NCBI GenBank assembly: GCA_964016885.1
Contig: OZ024741.1
Span: 365,924,001-365,988,000, forward strand
Direction of reading: 5' to 3'
Origin: Eledone cirrhosa
Lineage: Eukaryota
Length of the DNA: 64,000 bases
Shown in pieces: positions 39,266 through 53,546 of the stretch. The position numbers and the translations under genes were made by a program. The notes under the pieces are model-generated. The model had not been told where the DNA came from and made no database searches. It was given only the letters and a program-made list of their open reading frames with translations. How positions within the stretch are numbered: position 1 is the stretch's first letter; each line of letters begins with the position of its first letter.

Positions 39266-39272
<7 letters not shown>
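38770..39272. mobile_element. Fold-back pLTR-only insertion with two inverted HHRs (38920-38974 -, 39121-39175 +)
   Basis: Nearly identical to 11218-11530 on the minus strand, then inverts at ~39080. Confidence 0.85.
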
Positions 39273-39345
<73 letters not shown>

Positions 39346-39366
39346 GCTAATGGGGGGAGGTCGTTT

Positions 39367-39685
39367 TTAGCCATCGGGCTTTAACACTGGCTTAAAGTGT
39401 TTGAATGTTGCAAAGTTCTTGTGCATGCAGTTCGGGCAGTGTTCAGAGAGTTTGTTCAGTAGCGGGCCCTTGGCGAATAAAATTTCGTAGCTCTCTGAAA
39501 TACAAAGGTCGCAGCCCTTGTGTCCTCCGTTGTAAGAGCGCGCTTTCTGGAGTATTTTCCAATTAAGCGTGAAGGGGGTGGAGTTCCTTTTGAGGTCCCA
39601 AATGTAGGAGGCGAGTGTTGTTTGATTTGATTTATCCGGTCTTCTGAAGGAGTGGGTATGGGCATACCAACGGGTCTTAAAGTTG
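39367..39685 (-). pseudogene. Naiad-type GIY-YIG C-terminal fragment
   Basis: FKTRWYAH..SF..TTLASYIWDLK..WKIL..CDLCISE..LLNK..CMH; between (TA)n tracts. Confidence 0.85.
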
Positions 39686-39699
39686 TTGGAGGTCATGCC

Positions 39700-39758
<59 letters not shown>

Positions 39759-40450
39759 ATGTATATGTGTATATGTATTATATATGTATGTATGTATGTA
39801 TGTGTGTATGTATGTGTGTGTACATGAATATATATTTATATATATTTATATATTTTTTTATATATGTGTGTGTGTTTTTATGTGTGTATATGTGTTTGTG
39901 TGTGTGTTTATGGTTGCGCGTAAGTGTGTGAGTGAGTATGTGTGTTTTTTTGTTTTTCTGTTTTTTTGTTTTTTTGTTTTTTTGTGAATGTGTCTGTTGA
40001 TTTTTGGCATATTGTTGATTAGTTTAAGAGAAGTTCGAAGATAATAGTAAGATATGCACTCAGTATTTTGAATCTGTCTGCAGAATTCTCTAGACCTTTG
40101 TCACTTAGTAGAACCTTAATGACTTTAGCTTTTAAAGAATCTCCCTTTTCTTTAATTCTATCGAGCATGGCTGACCCCCCACTGATTTTATAGACATCTG
40201 TTAGCTTAAGAGAAACTTATTGACAAGGAATGGTATGCCATCCGGAACCTGTTTATAGAATTCTGTCTGCCTTTGTTACTCTAAAAACATAAATAAATAT
40301 AAATAAAAATAAAAATTAACTATAGCTTTGTAGAATTAGCTTTTAATGAATTCCCTTTTCTATCAACCAATGACCTGTACCCATCCCACTCCCCACCCTC
40401 TCCTACCACTTGTAGAGACCTATAAATACCATATTTATTTTTTGATACCC

Positions 40451-40501
40451 AGATTCCTGATGATTTCTAATGAATGAAACAGTTCTAGTCCTGTAGAATC
40501 T
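40451..40501 (+). ncRNA. Type I hammerhead ribozyme
   Basis: agattc CTGATGA t ttc taat gaa t GAAAC ag..ct GTA gaatct. Confidence 0.75.
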
Positions 40502-40533
40502 CATCTATATTAAAACTATATATATATATATAT

Positions 40534-41310
40534 AGAAGTGGTTACACAACAGTTAGTTCACCATACCAAGAACAATTGTTTCACCTTCGCGGATCTTCAG
40601 CTCGGGATGTGTATGGTTATAGGAACAGAAAGGACAACCGTACGAACGCACATGCGCAGAAACTCGGTCACTTCACACAGGCAATACTAGACTGCGTGCG
40701 GAGGGTGTAAGGGAGATAACTGCGAAAGTCCGGAAAGTTTTTTGGTTAAAAATAAAATAAAAAAATTAAAAATAAAATTACAAAGAATCAGTCCGGAGCC
40801 TTGTAGTTATGCAATAGATGTTTGGTGACGTGTGGACAACGTGTGAAAAATTCACTTCTCGTGTTTCAATGGAAAGCCATCATTAAGTCCAAGCCATACG
40901 CAAGGAGAAATCCGACGTGTGGCTTATGTATTGACGAACGAATAACTATCCTAAAGAGATTACGCAATAGTGATTGCCTAAACACGAGAAGTGAATTTTT
41001 CACACGTTGTCCACACGTCACCAAACATCTATTGCATAACTACAAGGCTCCGGACTGATTCTTTGTAGTTTTACTTTTAATTTTTTTATTTTATTTTCAA
41101 CCAAAAAATTTTCCGGACTTTCGCAGTTATCTCCCTTACACCCCCGCACGCAGTCTAGTATTGCCTGTGTGAAGTGACCGAGTTTCTGCGCATGCGCGTT
41201 CGTACGGTTGTCCTTCCTGTTCCTATAACCATACACATCCCGAGCTGAAGATCCGCGAAGGTGAAACAATTGTTCCGGTATTGTGAACTAACTGTTGTGT
41301 AACCACTTCT
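40534..41310 (+). mobile_element. Mini Naiad-type PLE: GIY-YIG tail flanked by ~330-bp inverted repeats, each with an HHR (40566-40605 -, 41240-41278 +)
   Basis: QWKAII..KPY..CGLCIDE..LNTRSEFFTRCPH; ccgag CTGAAGA t cc gcgaa gg t GAAAC aatt GTT. Confidence 0.85.
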
Positions 41311-41489
41311 ACCTAACTCGTCCCTTGGACAGTGCTCTACCACTACGGATATTACCTTCCAGTGTTCCATCACTATATATATATATATATAATGCTTCCA
41401 CACACTTTCTGTCTACCAAACTCCTCTGACAGTGTATTGGTCAAACAGAAACTATGCTTTTGTGAAATGACTTCCTTAACCACAAAAAT

Positions 41490-42120
41490 GCCTGCGCTCT
41501 TTCGGTTGTTTTCCTCTCGCAACAGTGCCGGCCGCCTTCCACGCCATGTCGCCCTCAACGAGGTCATAGAGCACGGCTTGGATCCTGCTGGCTTCTACTT
41601 CAAGCTCGAGCCGGTGGGGCTGAACCAAGGTGACGGCAAAAAGGCCAGATGGTATAACCATCTTCCCGTTCCGCGGTGGCAAACCTCTCGTCTGGGTTGC
41701 CACTTGCAGCGACACTTTTTCCAGCCGCAATTTTTTGCAGTCTGTGACTAACCCAGGTTCTGCTGCACTTCAGGGCTGAGGAGAGCAATCTCTCCAAATA
41801 TCGGCCGCTCTCCGACAGATTTGCGGTCGTGCCGCTTGCAGTGGAGACTTCTGATGTCCTTCGCCCTAGAGCTACCACCATAGGCACTGAGCTGGCTGGC
41901 CGCAGGTGTGAGCCTCGCGAGATAGAATGGCTCTTCCAGCCTATCTCCCTTACCATCCTCCGGAGAAACGCCTTCTCCATTCTGTCTGCCGGGGCCGTGC
42001 GGCGGCCAGCACTTGGGACCCCATTTGCTAATAATATACAGCGATGGGGAGGTCGAGAGAGATGGAGGCGATAAAAGAGGAGTTCGGCTCTTCCTTGTTC
42101 GGACACATTTATCAATTCTA
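41490..42120 (+). pseudogene. CRE-clade non-LTR retrotransposon 3' end (restriction-like endonuclease)
   Basis: GRLPRHVALNEVI..EPVGL..DGK/PDGITIFPF..GKPLVW..SKY..VPLAVET..FQPISLTILRRNA; frameshifted. Confidence 0.75.
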
Positions 42121-42727
42121 TGTTGCTGTTGATACTTAAATATCCAACACTGGACCATAAATTGACAAGTGGTATCATTGAACGGACAACTGAATATGAG
42201 TTGAAATAACCTTGATATCTCTATATGTTATGTAACTGAAGATACATCATTATTCTGTTGAAGTACAGTAATCTAACTTGTGTAATAATCGTTAGTGAAA
42301 CCAGTGGGACAATACAAATTCTGATTGCATTTGTATCATAAAAGGTGCGAAAAAAAGAAACGGATAATATACACAGCGGAGATTATTTGAATGCGATACA
42401 TATTTACTGCATAGTATAACTCTTAAGTGATATATTTTGTTTAATATATACAAGAGAATGTGATCCACACTGACAGTTCTATCAGTAGCATTCGCCTTCA
42501 GCATAACTGCATGTTATGAACGAAATAAAGACGAGGCGCTAAAATATATTTAAATACCACCTGGTGATCACTTTTCTCTCTGTTCAACATGTTCAATATG
42601 TTTTATGTTCAATATGATGAGGAATGCATATTATATAAGCGAAACCGAAAACTATCCACACACACACAACATCACACAACATCACACATACACACACACA
42701 CAATACATATATATATATACATTTATT

Positions 42728-42807
<80 letters not shown>

Positions 42808-42813
<6 letters not shown>

Positions 42814-43150
42814 TCTGAACATTAATCAGTATACACTGAAGATGAAAAACTCGGAGCTGTATGGGAGCATCCCAAAAGTCAGCTGAAAAGTGACACAGAG
42901 GAGACTGAGGTTGGCTGGACATGCTCACCGACATCCAGAGTTGACATTGCACTCAGTGCTCCTTTGGGAGCCCCTACATGGACACACTAGAAGGGGAAGA
43001 CCAAGGTTAACATATGTTGATGCCCTAAGGACAGACACTGGTCTGTTGGAGATGCAGGATATGGCAGCGATAATGAGGGACAGAGACCGCTGGAGAGAAC
43101 TCGTCCATGGATCTCAGGAATTTTACCCGCCTTAGATAGATAGATAGATA
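42808..43150 (+). pseudogene. RTE-group LINE ORF2 C-terminus with (GATA)n tail
   Basis: [46 protein letters not shown]. Confidence 0.7.
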
Positions 43151-43589
43151 TATATATGCGTTGTGCATAGTATTTACAAACACAGAGAAAATGCAAATGC
43201 AAGCAATTTTAAGGCAGGTGGGTTGATATACTTGTAGTTAGTTTAGGTACCACAATGATCTGTTATTATATGCAGTTAAATATTCAGAGAAAAAATACAA
43301 AACTCGAACTTCTGCACTCAACATTCAAATAATCTAAATATTATATTGATGAAATAGGAAAATTTAGCTTCACATACAAAAGGAAAAGCCAATCACAGTA
43401 ACTATATTTATAACAAAAGAAAAGCGTAGTTATATTTTATGGCATGAGGGATGTATGGTTAAACGAAAAAATCATCACTGGGGACTATTCCGAAAATGGT
43501 TAAACAAACCAGGATGTGATAAACTGAAGAATTACATTTGATACAAAAGCCTATATTCTAAAAGAAGTTTGAATTGTAAAACATGTTAT

Positions 43590-43920
43590 AATCATTATCA
43601 TCATCATCAACATCTAATGTCTGCGGATGCCTTCTGTAATTTTCCAGGGAATCATATCGGTCCATCTGCTTATGTCGCTCATCCAACACCTTATTCGCTG
43701 CCCTCTTTCCCTATTTCCTGACACATGTCCATGTATTAAAATGGTCGCAAGACTCAAATCTTTGGGGTATCTCATTACAAGTAGAAAATACTTCAGCTTG
43801 CTATCTTGTGTTATATTTAGCAAAAATTTCTCTGTACTGCTCCAGGTTATTTTTTTCCTGCACGTGTTTCCAAACCCATTCGTTGGTTCGTTTGTGCTAT
43901 CATTTCAACTCGAGCAATTT
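43590..43920 (-). pseudogene. RTE-clade LINE 3' remnant with (ATG)n tail
   Basis: KLKYF..VMR..LIHGHVSGNRERGQR..WMSDI..WT. Confidence 0.65.
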
Positions 43921-44922
43921 TCGATAGCATTTCATTTGAAACTGGTGTTTTGTGGAAGGAAAGCTCTGATACTATACTGCAATAAAACACCCTTCAGTCT
44001 CAGCATTGAGACATGCACTTAGCCAGTGGCACGATTTGTCTTTTTATTTCTCGAAGTTAATTTTTTTAAGTATTAGTTATGTAGGGCCTTTATTTGTAAT
44101 CGTATTAAGATGACACTCACTGGCTCCGTCATTTAACTTTGTAGACGTATCATGGTCTAGCATTTAGAGGTTTTGCTTTGTATTAGACCTTTTGCAAGTA
44201 TTAGACCTCGGGGTTTATCCTACTGTGTGGCATCGTGGGCAAATGGCATTTATCATAGCCTCGGGTTGACACATGTCTTGTGCGTGAAATTAAGTAAACG
44301 GAAACAATTTGGAAGCTCGTCCGATGAACGGTACTTTTAATCCAAAGGCCAGCCTTGTCACACAATGTCAAGCTTAATCTTCCTAAGAATTACGTTGAGG
44401 GTACATGTACCCGTGTAATGCTAGTTACTTGCACGTTAATTTTATGAGCAGGCTGATTCGTTTACCGAATAACTGGTACACACATAGGCGAAGCAGATGG
44501 AGGTCTATACAATTTTTAGCTTAGATGGTAGCTTTTCTTTTCGCAATTTATTTTTCATCTCTTTTTCCAGAGAAACGTCCACCACTTCACCCTCTACTGT
44601 ATATTTTCTGACTTTCTTGAAGAAAAACAAAACAATTAATTATTTTTGTTTTCTTTTTGTGTGTTTTGAAACTATATTTATTAGACAGCTGTTGTTTACT
44701 AGATATTTGAATAGCCCTACGGTGGATGTATTATAGCTGTTTTATAAACGTTACATCGCTTCATTCCATATTTGGATAGTGTATGGGGACGGAGGCATCA
44801 TGACAGAGGAAGGAGTGCCATGAAGATAATTAGTTGATATACAGCGGATATCGATGGCTATTTAACCTGACCATGTTTTCACCGTCTTGTTTAGAGGTAC
44901 AGCTGAGATATATCCTCTAGCT

Positions 44923-45138
44923 CAGGCATATCAAACTGAAGGTCTCGCGAGGGCCACATGGGTCACATTGTGTTTTCTGAGGACCACACACCACAACTAA
45001 TTGCGCACATTACAACCAATCCTTTTAATTTTATATTACGAGGATAAAACATGCTCGCACTATAAGTCTTTGTGCAGGCTGCAGGTGTGCTTGTAAAGGT
45101 CCGCATGCGGCCCGCGAGCCACATGTTTGACATGCCTG
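44923..45138. mobile_element. hAT-family MITE
   Basis: TIRs CAGGCAT(A/G)TCAAAC / GTTTGACATGCCTG; 8-bp TSD CTCTAGCT / CTCTAACT. Confidence 0.8.
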
Positions 45139-45254
45139 CTCTAACTAATGGTGTATATTTTGCTTTCTACTTTCTCTTTCTCTTTCATTTTTTTTTTATT
45201 TTGTTCTTTTTGTCATTATGATATTTGCCGATAGCTTGGCTTTGGGGCAACCTC

Positions 45255-45500
45255 CCTCTTCACCACTATCGGTACAGAGCTGGATACCCTCAGGTCTGAG
45301 CCTCGCGAGCTGGAATGGCTCTTCCAGCGCGTCTACCTCACCATCCTCCGGGGAAACGCTCCCTCTATTCTGTCCGCCGGGGTCGCGGGGCGGCCAGCAT
45401 GTGGGCCCCCATTTGCTCCCAATAGCGAGAGATGGGGAGAGCGGGAGAGATGGAGGCAGTGACAGTGTGAGTTTGGTTCTTTTATGTTCGTCCTGGTGAA
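45255..45500 (+). mobile_element. Second CRE-like 3'-end fragment
   Basis: Colinear with 41870-42105. Confidence 0.65.
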
Positions 45501-45749
45501 TATATGTGTATATAAGAGAGAATGAATCTAAAAACTGTTTTGTCGAAGTAGTTACATTACAAACAAGAGCAAGTTTTATATTTAATTACTATTATTGCTG
45601 TAGCTTATCCTTAGTTTTCCTGGTTCTTTGTCTATACTTGCTAATTTATTTAACGTCCAGTTGAGAATATTCTAACTTATTAATGTGATAGCAAGAGTAT
45701 TGACGTCTGTTACAGCCGGATTCATTTATAATATTTATTCGAATTATTC

Positions 45750-45950
45750 AATAGTGTGTCGGACAACATGCTTTTCAGCATGGTGTCACGGCCCTTTATG
45801 TTCTGAGTTCAAATCCTACGGTGGTTACTTTTGCCTTTCATCCTTATGGGGTCGATAAAATAAAGTACCAGTAACACACTGGGGTCGATATAATCGACTT
45901 TTCCCTCTTCCTAAAAATTGTTGGCCTTATGCCTAAATCAGAAACCATTA
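45750..45950 (+). mobile_element. tRNA-derived SINE (family A)
   Basis: GAGTTCAAATCC B-box, body and tail. Confidence 0.7.
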
Positions 45951-45955
45951 TTCTA

Positions 45956-46139
45956 CAGGTAAAATTCCATTATAACGAAGACCATTATAACGAATTTATC
46001 AGTATAAAAAATTGTGTTCAATCCTGAGGTAATAACAAAGAAACGCTCGATTTGTTTCGGTCGATCTCGTTATAAAGAATTTCTCTTTACAACGAATTTT
46101 TTTATACGCCATGAATTTCGTTATAACGGAATTTCACAG
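45956..46139. mobile_element. Tc1/mariner-pogo-type MITE
   Basis: Imperfect TIRs ..AAATTCC(A/G)TTATAACGAA, internal TTATAACGAA repeats, TA on both sides. Confidence 0.6.
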
Positions 46140-46400
46140 TACAATATTTCTTCTTAACTCATTCTTACATTTGTATCTGTCGTACTCTCTTCATCGATCG
46201 GTAATATTAGTATGTCGGTGTTTACTCTAAATATCTTATCCCTGTTTCTTTATCTGGGATGATAAATATTTTTCGCTTCTGGATGGTTTTGGAGCATGTT
46301 ATTAATCTGAATATCATAAATAATTCCTAGAGAATATCCGCATAATGTGTTGGTGTGTTTCTACTTCTTTATCAGTGGCAGTGTTCATGTTGTGGTTTGT

Positions 46401-46558
46401 GAAGAAGAAGAAGAAGAAGAAGAAGAAGAAGAAGAAGAAGAAGAAGAAGAAGAAGAAGAAGAAGAAGAAGAAGAAGAAGAAAAAAAGGAAGAAGACGGGG
46501 GGGGGAGAAGAAGAAGAAGAAGAAGAAGAAGAAGAAGAAGAAGAAGAAGAAGAAGAAG

Positions 46559-46608
<50 letters not shown>

Positions 46609-46690
46609 AAAACAACAGCACAACAGCAACAACAACAACAGCAACAACAACAGCAGCAACAACGACAAAAAAGCAACAATAACAACAAAG
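46401..46690. repeat. (GAA)n/(CAA)n compound microsatellite
   Basis: Directly visible. Confidence 0.95.
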
Positions 46691-46890
46691 GTAAAGTATA
46701 AGAATAAAAAGCTATGAGAATAAGAAGGAAGTTGATGTTCTGGTTTAACGTTGACAGACACCAAACAATATTTAGGAGACGTTAATTAAAGTGAAGAGAT
46801 AAAAGTCAAAGAATGAAGGGCGATAAATCTCTCATTGGTGTTTATTGGTGTATTGCATGACAAGTCAACAGTTTAGTTCATACACTCACA

Positions 46891-46951
<61 letters not shown>

Positions 46952-47022
46952 TATATATATATACTCACACGCACACACACACTCTCACACATACACATAT
47001 ATATATATATATATATATACAT

Positions 47023-47084
<62 letters not shown>

Positions 47085-47383
47085 AGAGAGAGAGAGAGAG
47101 AGGAAAATCAGCTAGATCCGAGCGGATCTAGCTGTCGAAACGGCCGGAGCTCAGCCGTCGGGGTCCTGACTCTTTTCACATAACCTACTTTACTACCCCA
47201 AGTATCGAGTACTCTGGTGGGGTGCGATCCACTTGGTTTCTTTACCACACTCTGAAACGTTAAGACCTTCTTCCTGCTATTTCAAGCGTTAACCTAATAT
47301 ATTCCTCCCATGTACTGTACCATTGTGTTGCTATTTCTGTTTACATTTTACATACACACAGACACACACACATACACAGACAA

Positions 47384-47419
<36 letters not shown>

Positions 47420-47420
47420 A

Positions 47421-47480
<60 letters not shown>

Positions 47481-47483
47481 CAA

Positions 47484-47516
<33 letters not shown>

Positions 47517-48059
47517 CAAACATACACACACATACACACCTAATAACATTACCCAGACAGTGTGTGCATGATGACGATTATCTTGGTGATGATGATGATA
47601 ATGACAACGACGACAACAATTATGAGTTGCAGAGGGAGGAGAGGGGAGAGTGGTGGCGATGTCCGTTTGACTGTGTATACGTGCTGACAAAATATTAATG
47701 CCAAGCGATATATTTCTAAAACAGTAGAAACATCTAATTTCAGTATATATGAACTCTCGTATTACCATATTTCTAATACAGCTTTGATTTATTCGATTAC
47801 ACACAGGCACCCCCGCCATCCACACATCCACACATATATACGACGAGCTTCTTCAATTTCCGTCTATTAAATCCCACTCAAAGGCATTGCTCAAAATAAC
47901 ATAGGTGCAAAATAACATAGTGCCAAAACAAAGCGGGTTCTTTCTGTGTCAAAGAGAACCCGCTTTGTTTTGGGATTTGAGTGATCAGTCTGCTTCACTG
48001 TTACAAAATGACTATAAGAACAATTAGAAATGATAAACCCCAGAACTCAAAAATATCTA

Positions 48060-49800
48060 AGCAGGTCATCTGCTATGGATATGCGGCAATAATACTTTGC
48101 ACCGTCTGTACTTTGGACCGTCTGTTATAAATCACTTGATAGGCACAGCATCTTTCAATTATTGCTGTTAATTCATGCGTAATGCTAGGCCAGAATATGC
48201 ACTCTCTGGAATTGAGATGAGTTTTTGTAACTTCAGGCTGGACTTTGTGTAATAGCTGAAGAAGTTCAGGCCTCATTGACTTAGGAATTACCATTCTGTC
48301 GTTCTTGCTGACAATGTCATCAACTACACTTAGTTCACTACAGATCGTGAAATATTTACGAACACTTTCATCACAGTCCTGGGCAGAATCAGGCCAACCA
48401 TTTATTATGTACTGTACTAATACCAAAACGTCGGTGTCTCGGTGTGTAGCTTGTTGCACTTTCTCAACTCTGGTTGGTGAGACAAAGTGAAATATTCTCT
48501 CTATGGTTTAACCATCATGTGTTTTGCATGTGTACTTAAACTCCTAAGGGTATCAGAGAGATGCATCTCTTTGCCTCTCCTGTATACAATATCCAAACAG
48601 AAATTGGTGAGTTGCCACAACATGCAAGAATGTCGCGGTGTGATGGATATCAAGGTCTTCTACCAAGGGAGGTCAGGGATCTATGATCAGTCAACAATGT
48701 TGCCCTTTTACCAAATATAAACTACTTAACATGTAGTACAACAAACACAACAGCTAGCAGCTTTCTAGCTCTCTCATTATTTGAGTATCGAATCTCAGTG
48801 GGGGATAAAGACTTTGAAGTAAACGTTATAGATCTCAAATTATCGGGTACTTGACTGAAAGTTCCCAAGTTGGATTCTGACTGGAGTAGCACTACTCCAG
48901 AGACATCCTGGCATCACCTTCTATGTAGAGGGACTTTTAGTGGTGTACAGCTGAAGTGTACAGTCATCTCAAATTGCTTGTTTGAGCTGTCTAAACATTT
49001 ATTATAGTGTGGTTACCAATGACAAACACTCTCACGCTTTGTTAGATTCTGCAGGGGCGTTCTGACTGAAGACAAATTGGCTTTGAATCTGCTTACATAA
49101 TTCACAGTACCCAAGATGCTTTGCAGCCATGTCTTGATCATTAGTGAAGGCCAGTCTTTTATAACATGCGCATTCTCTGAAGAGGGTTTCAATCCTTCAG
49201 CAGTCAACAACATGCCAAACCATGGCACTGACTGTGGATTGACTGCTAGTTTCTTGAGGTTAATGCAGAAGTCAATTTCCACACAATGATTCAAAGATGT
49301 CATCAGGTACTTATCATGCTGGGGAGGTGTATTGCCAAAAATGACAATCTCGTCAGTAATATATTTTACTCCTTTGCGGCCAGATAACAGTTCATGCAAA
49401 GCACTGTTGAAAATATAAGCAGAACATGAAAGTCCCATGGATAGAACCTGGTAAACATGAGTTCAGAATATTCTGAGCATTGCAGTGAATGGTTGATTCG
49501 CCTTGTCCAAAGGTAGTAGAAAAAATATGTTTACCTGGAGGTGCCTCTAAATAATTATAGAGGCCTGCAGCCTCACTTTCCATCCAACTAATTAAAAATC
49601 CTATACGTTCATCTTAGAGCATTCTTTTGAATGGTCCATAAGCTAGTATAATGCTAGAATCTTGGCAAAATTTACAAAATGCTTCATATGTATTCGTACG
49701 TTCCCAGTCAAAATGGGCAGTCTCTATAATATACAAAACAATGAAAATGTGACTTAGGACATGCCAGGATTAATCCTTTGTTGCTCATTCAGGATCAGGT
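48060..49800 (-). pseudogene. Ty3/Gypsy LTR retrotransposon pol remnant (RT, RNase H, integrase zinc-finger region)
   Basis: PMGLSCSAYIF..ITDEIVIFG..HD..WFGMLL..GLKP..LGTVNY; GWP..ELSVVD..VIPKSMR..LH..IFWPSI; many stops; no LTRs recognised. Confidence 0.8.
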
Positions 49801-50393
49801 TGGGTAAATAATACTCCAATGCAGTGTTGAGTGAGACGAAAATCACACAGGCTACTAAAATATTCTAGTAAACATCACTGGTACACGAAACTCTCCTATT
49901 GGTCAATCCACAAAGAATATCACATATGCTGCATGTTGTGTGGGTAAAAGGCAGATGTTGGCAGGTTACTTCAGTTCTTGGTTGTGGTATCGAAACTAAA
50001 TTCCAGATTCCTGTTCTAGTATAAACACCAAACTCCTGATGCAGTAAACATAAGTAGATATCCTGCAGTACGTGTTCCAACACTTCTGACACCATGAAAT
50101 AACCTAAATTAGACATACATTACTAGATGTCTTATTGATATGCAAAATGGCTCCTAGACTCTAGGCTCTATATAGTAAAACAAGAAGTACTAATGAAGAG
50201 AAACAAATAGAATGCACTGTGACTGGCCAATTTTACTAGCCAATTAAATAATGTTTCAAGTTTGTTGAGCAACGGAGAATTAGTGTGACACTGAATTCCA
50301 CTGCTGTAGGAAGAATTGCTCGAATATTTTTGTTGGTAAATCTGTATAAGAAAGCTGTGATTATCTACTTATGTTTTCATATTTATATTTATA

Positions 50394-50951
50394 CTAGCAG
50401 TGGTTCCCGGCGTTGCACGGGATAAGGTGTTTTGGAACGCGAGCCGCCAACAGACCTAATCGTGGAAAAACTGCACGCCTGACAATATGTAAAGAAAATA
50501 AACCGAATACTCTGATGGCTGGATAATCTTTAAGATTTTCCTCGATAAAGCAGGAAAATGGCAGGTTTTCACCTAATGCGGACCCTAGGGGATCATGAAA
50601 AAGAATTTTTTTATGTGCATAATATGCCTTGAAATTTCGGGAAAATCGGCTAGACGTAACGCCTCAAAAAAGCCCTAAAAAGCTGAAAATAAATGAAGTT
50701 TTATCACCTAATGCGGACACTAGGCCATAAAAAGTTGGATTTCCTTTGCTCACGGTATGAAGAAGTGAATGACTAATACATAGTTACAATTTCAAGGAAA
50801 TCGGTCTGACGTAACGCCTAAAAAAAAAAAAAAACAAATGTAAAGTTAGAAAAAAATCGGTTGGGTACTTCTCGAGTTTTAGGGATTGAAACTCACAGAC
50901 ACACACACACAGAGACGCAGGCAGACATCCTCAGTTTTATATATATATAGA
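50394..50951 (-). mobile_element. Non-autonomous Helitron-like element
   Basis: Minus strand A^TC...CCCGTGCAACGCCGGG..CTAG^T, no TSD; internally deleted relative of 1103-1990. Confidence 0.75.
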
Positions 50952-53248
50952 TAATGGTGCATGGTGCATTGCATTGCAATTGGTGTAAATGTATTGTGAG
51001 CATGATACACTTTTATAACCAATGTAAAAATTTGTATCGTAATTTTTAGAACTTTCACGTTTGCTATCTAATTTGTAAACAGTAAAGGTCATTATTAGTT
51101 ACTCGTGGAATTCAGGTTTTGATGATAACGGGTGGTTTAATTTTAATGTGTTCTAGTATATTATTCATTTTTGCTTATGGCTATGTGCGATACATTCAAT
51201 GTGTAGATTATTCTAAATAAATGATTTTTCTAAACCTAAGCATCCAGCTAAAAATAACGAATGTATTAGCTTCCTGTCGGTGTTTACATTAATGACACCG
51301 GAAGGGACATGATTTGAAGATGAGTATGCCAACTTTTCGACCAACGTAAGAATATATCCATGAGCATTCCCAGGCACACGTGCTCTTAACGTAACTATCA
51401 GGGAGATTCAGCGTGAAGCAATTCCATCCACTCAATTTCACTTACAATGCTAGGGTCGATCAAACGCTATGGTAAATGAGTTGCCTGAGTAGCACGCAGT
51501 AAGATCGAACCATGAAGTTAATGGTTGCGAAGTTAACTTCGTAAATATCCGATAATGTTGATTCCACATTCACGACACTAATAAATGTCTGTACTTACAA
51601 GTCTACATTGAATGTCGAGAGATACAATAATTCATATCTCCCTAAAAGTGCATGAAGATTCTACTATACAAACAAAGCACAATTTTAAGAAATTTACAGA
51701 ATAAAAAAAAAAGTAATTATTGATGGTTATACAAACCAACTCATAGACTAGCCATAAAACAAAGCAGACAGAAATTTAATGCAATAAATACAATAGACGC
51801 TAAACCTATTAAAAATAAACAAACTATACATAATGTGTATTACATGAATCAAATGAAGACATTAAAAACATAACTCATAGAACAGAAAATAAAGTACATA
51901 TTTACGTGCAAAGATAACATTTGTTATATTAAAGCTAATATATAATAATAATAACAAAAATATAATAAATATAGATGAATTATAAAATATTTTTGCAACA
52001 TTATTTAGTTGATGTCTCCATTCGGTTAATATACTTTCAGATGTATATAAAAGAAGCATCAGTTTCCAAGTCTGGACAAATGTAGAATGGACCTCTGTCG
52101 ATTATAAGTGTTGCCGTTGTTCGAACAACGGAACAGCTTGCTCATGAAATTTATGTACAAATGACTAGGCATCCACAGACACAAACACGCTTAACGTATT
52201 TATAAAGGAATTCTGCGTGACACAGTGCATCACAGAATCGAACCACTGAATTACAGGCAGAGTCGGTCCGATGGGTTTCCAAACACTTTACGTCTACCGA
52301 ATTAACCTCACAAGACATGAATCAATTCAATATTATGGTAAACAGGACCGGCTCAAGATGCCACGCAATGGGGTTGATCACGAGATATAATGATTGTGGA
52401 GCGGACATCTTAACCATTAGCCCATGTTGTGGGCACCTTCATTTGGTTACTTTCAAATATATAAATCCTCGGTTTCAAATTCTGAGACAATGTAATTTAC
52501 ATTTCTTTGTGAATACACGTGATTCCTGTTTGGCTCTCAACAGTAAAATTATGTGTTCGCTTCTACTACTCGGGGTGCGTTGTTTCCTTGAGCAAGACAC
52601 TTTATTTCACGTTGCTCTAGTCAATTAAGCTGGCAAGAAATGATTTCACCTGTAATTCAAAGTACCAACTTTGTCTCATACAGAATCTCCATGAAAATTC
52701 CGTTAAGACTTCATGCGCTTGTGGAATGCTCAGTCACTTACACGTTAATTTACAGGAGCTGGCTATTCTGTTGTTCTAACGACTGGAACAATCGTCTTCG
52801 GAACTAAGGCATCTCTAACAACAAAACTGATTTGTTTCCTTATATTGCTGGGTCACAAATTATTCTCGTTGTTAATTTTATCGCTGGAAGCGCAATCTGT
52901 GGTCAGTGTGATCTCATAAATTTATACCTTTTATAATATCATAGATACATCATGATCGAACGATTTACGAGATAGATTCGCACTCATTAAGTACCGGGTT
53001 TGATCACACTACGTGCTATTTTGGGCAGGTGGTATGTAATATAGCTTCTAGTCGACTCACGCCTTGTGAATGAAATCAGGAGGAAGGAAACTAACTGTCG
53101 GATGGACTGTATCTATATTTGAAAGGGCCTGGTGAGTCCCGCACTCTTTAATGCTGAGTCTCCCTGTGAGTTATGTTAAGCATGCTTGTGTTCGTAGAAT
53201 GATTGGTCACTTACCTGTAAAGTTTCTTGAGCATGCTCTTCTGTTGAT

Positions 53249-53353
<105 letters not shown>

Positions 53354-53449
53354 GATATATATATATATATATACATATATATGTATATATATATATATAC
53401 ATATATATATACATATATATATATATACATATATATATACATGTATATA

Positions 53450-53499
<50 letters not shown>

Positions 53500-53546
53500 T
53501 AGTGACGAAACATAGGTCAATTGCATGAACTCATAATCCTTTATTT

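Noticed and set aside
40451-40501. C/D-box snoRNA reading of TGATGA/CTGA motifs
   Set aside because: The motifs are better explained by the full hammerhead topology; no C-D box pairing with terminal stems
47923-47980. Rho-independent terminator
   Set aside because: Eukaryotic repeat context with no upstream gene
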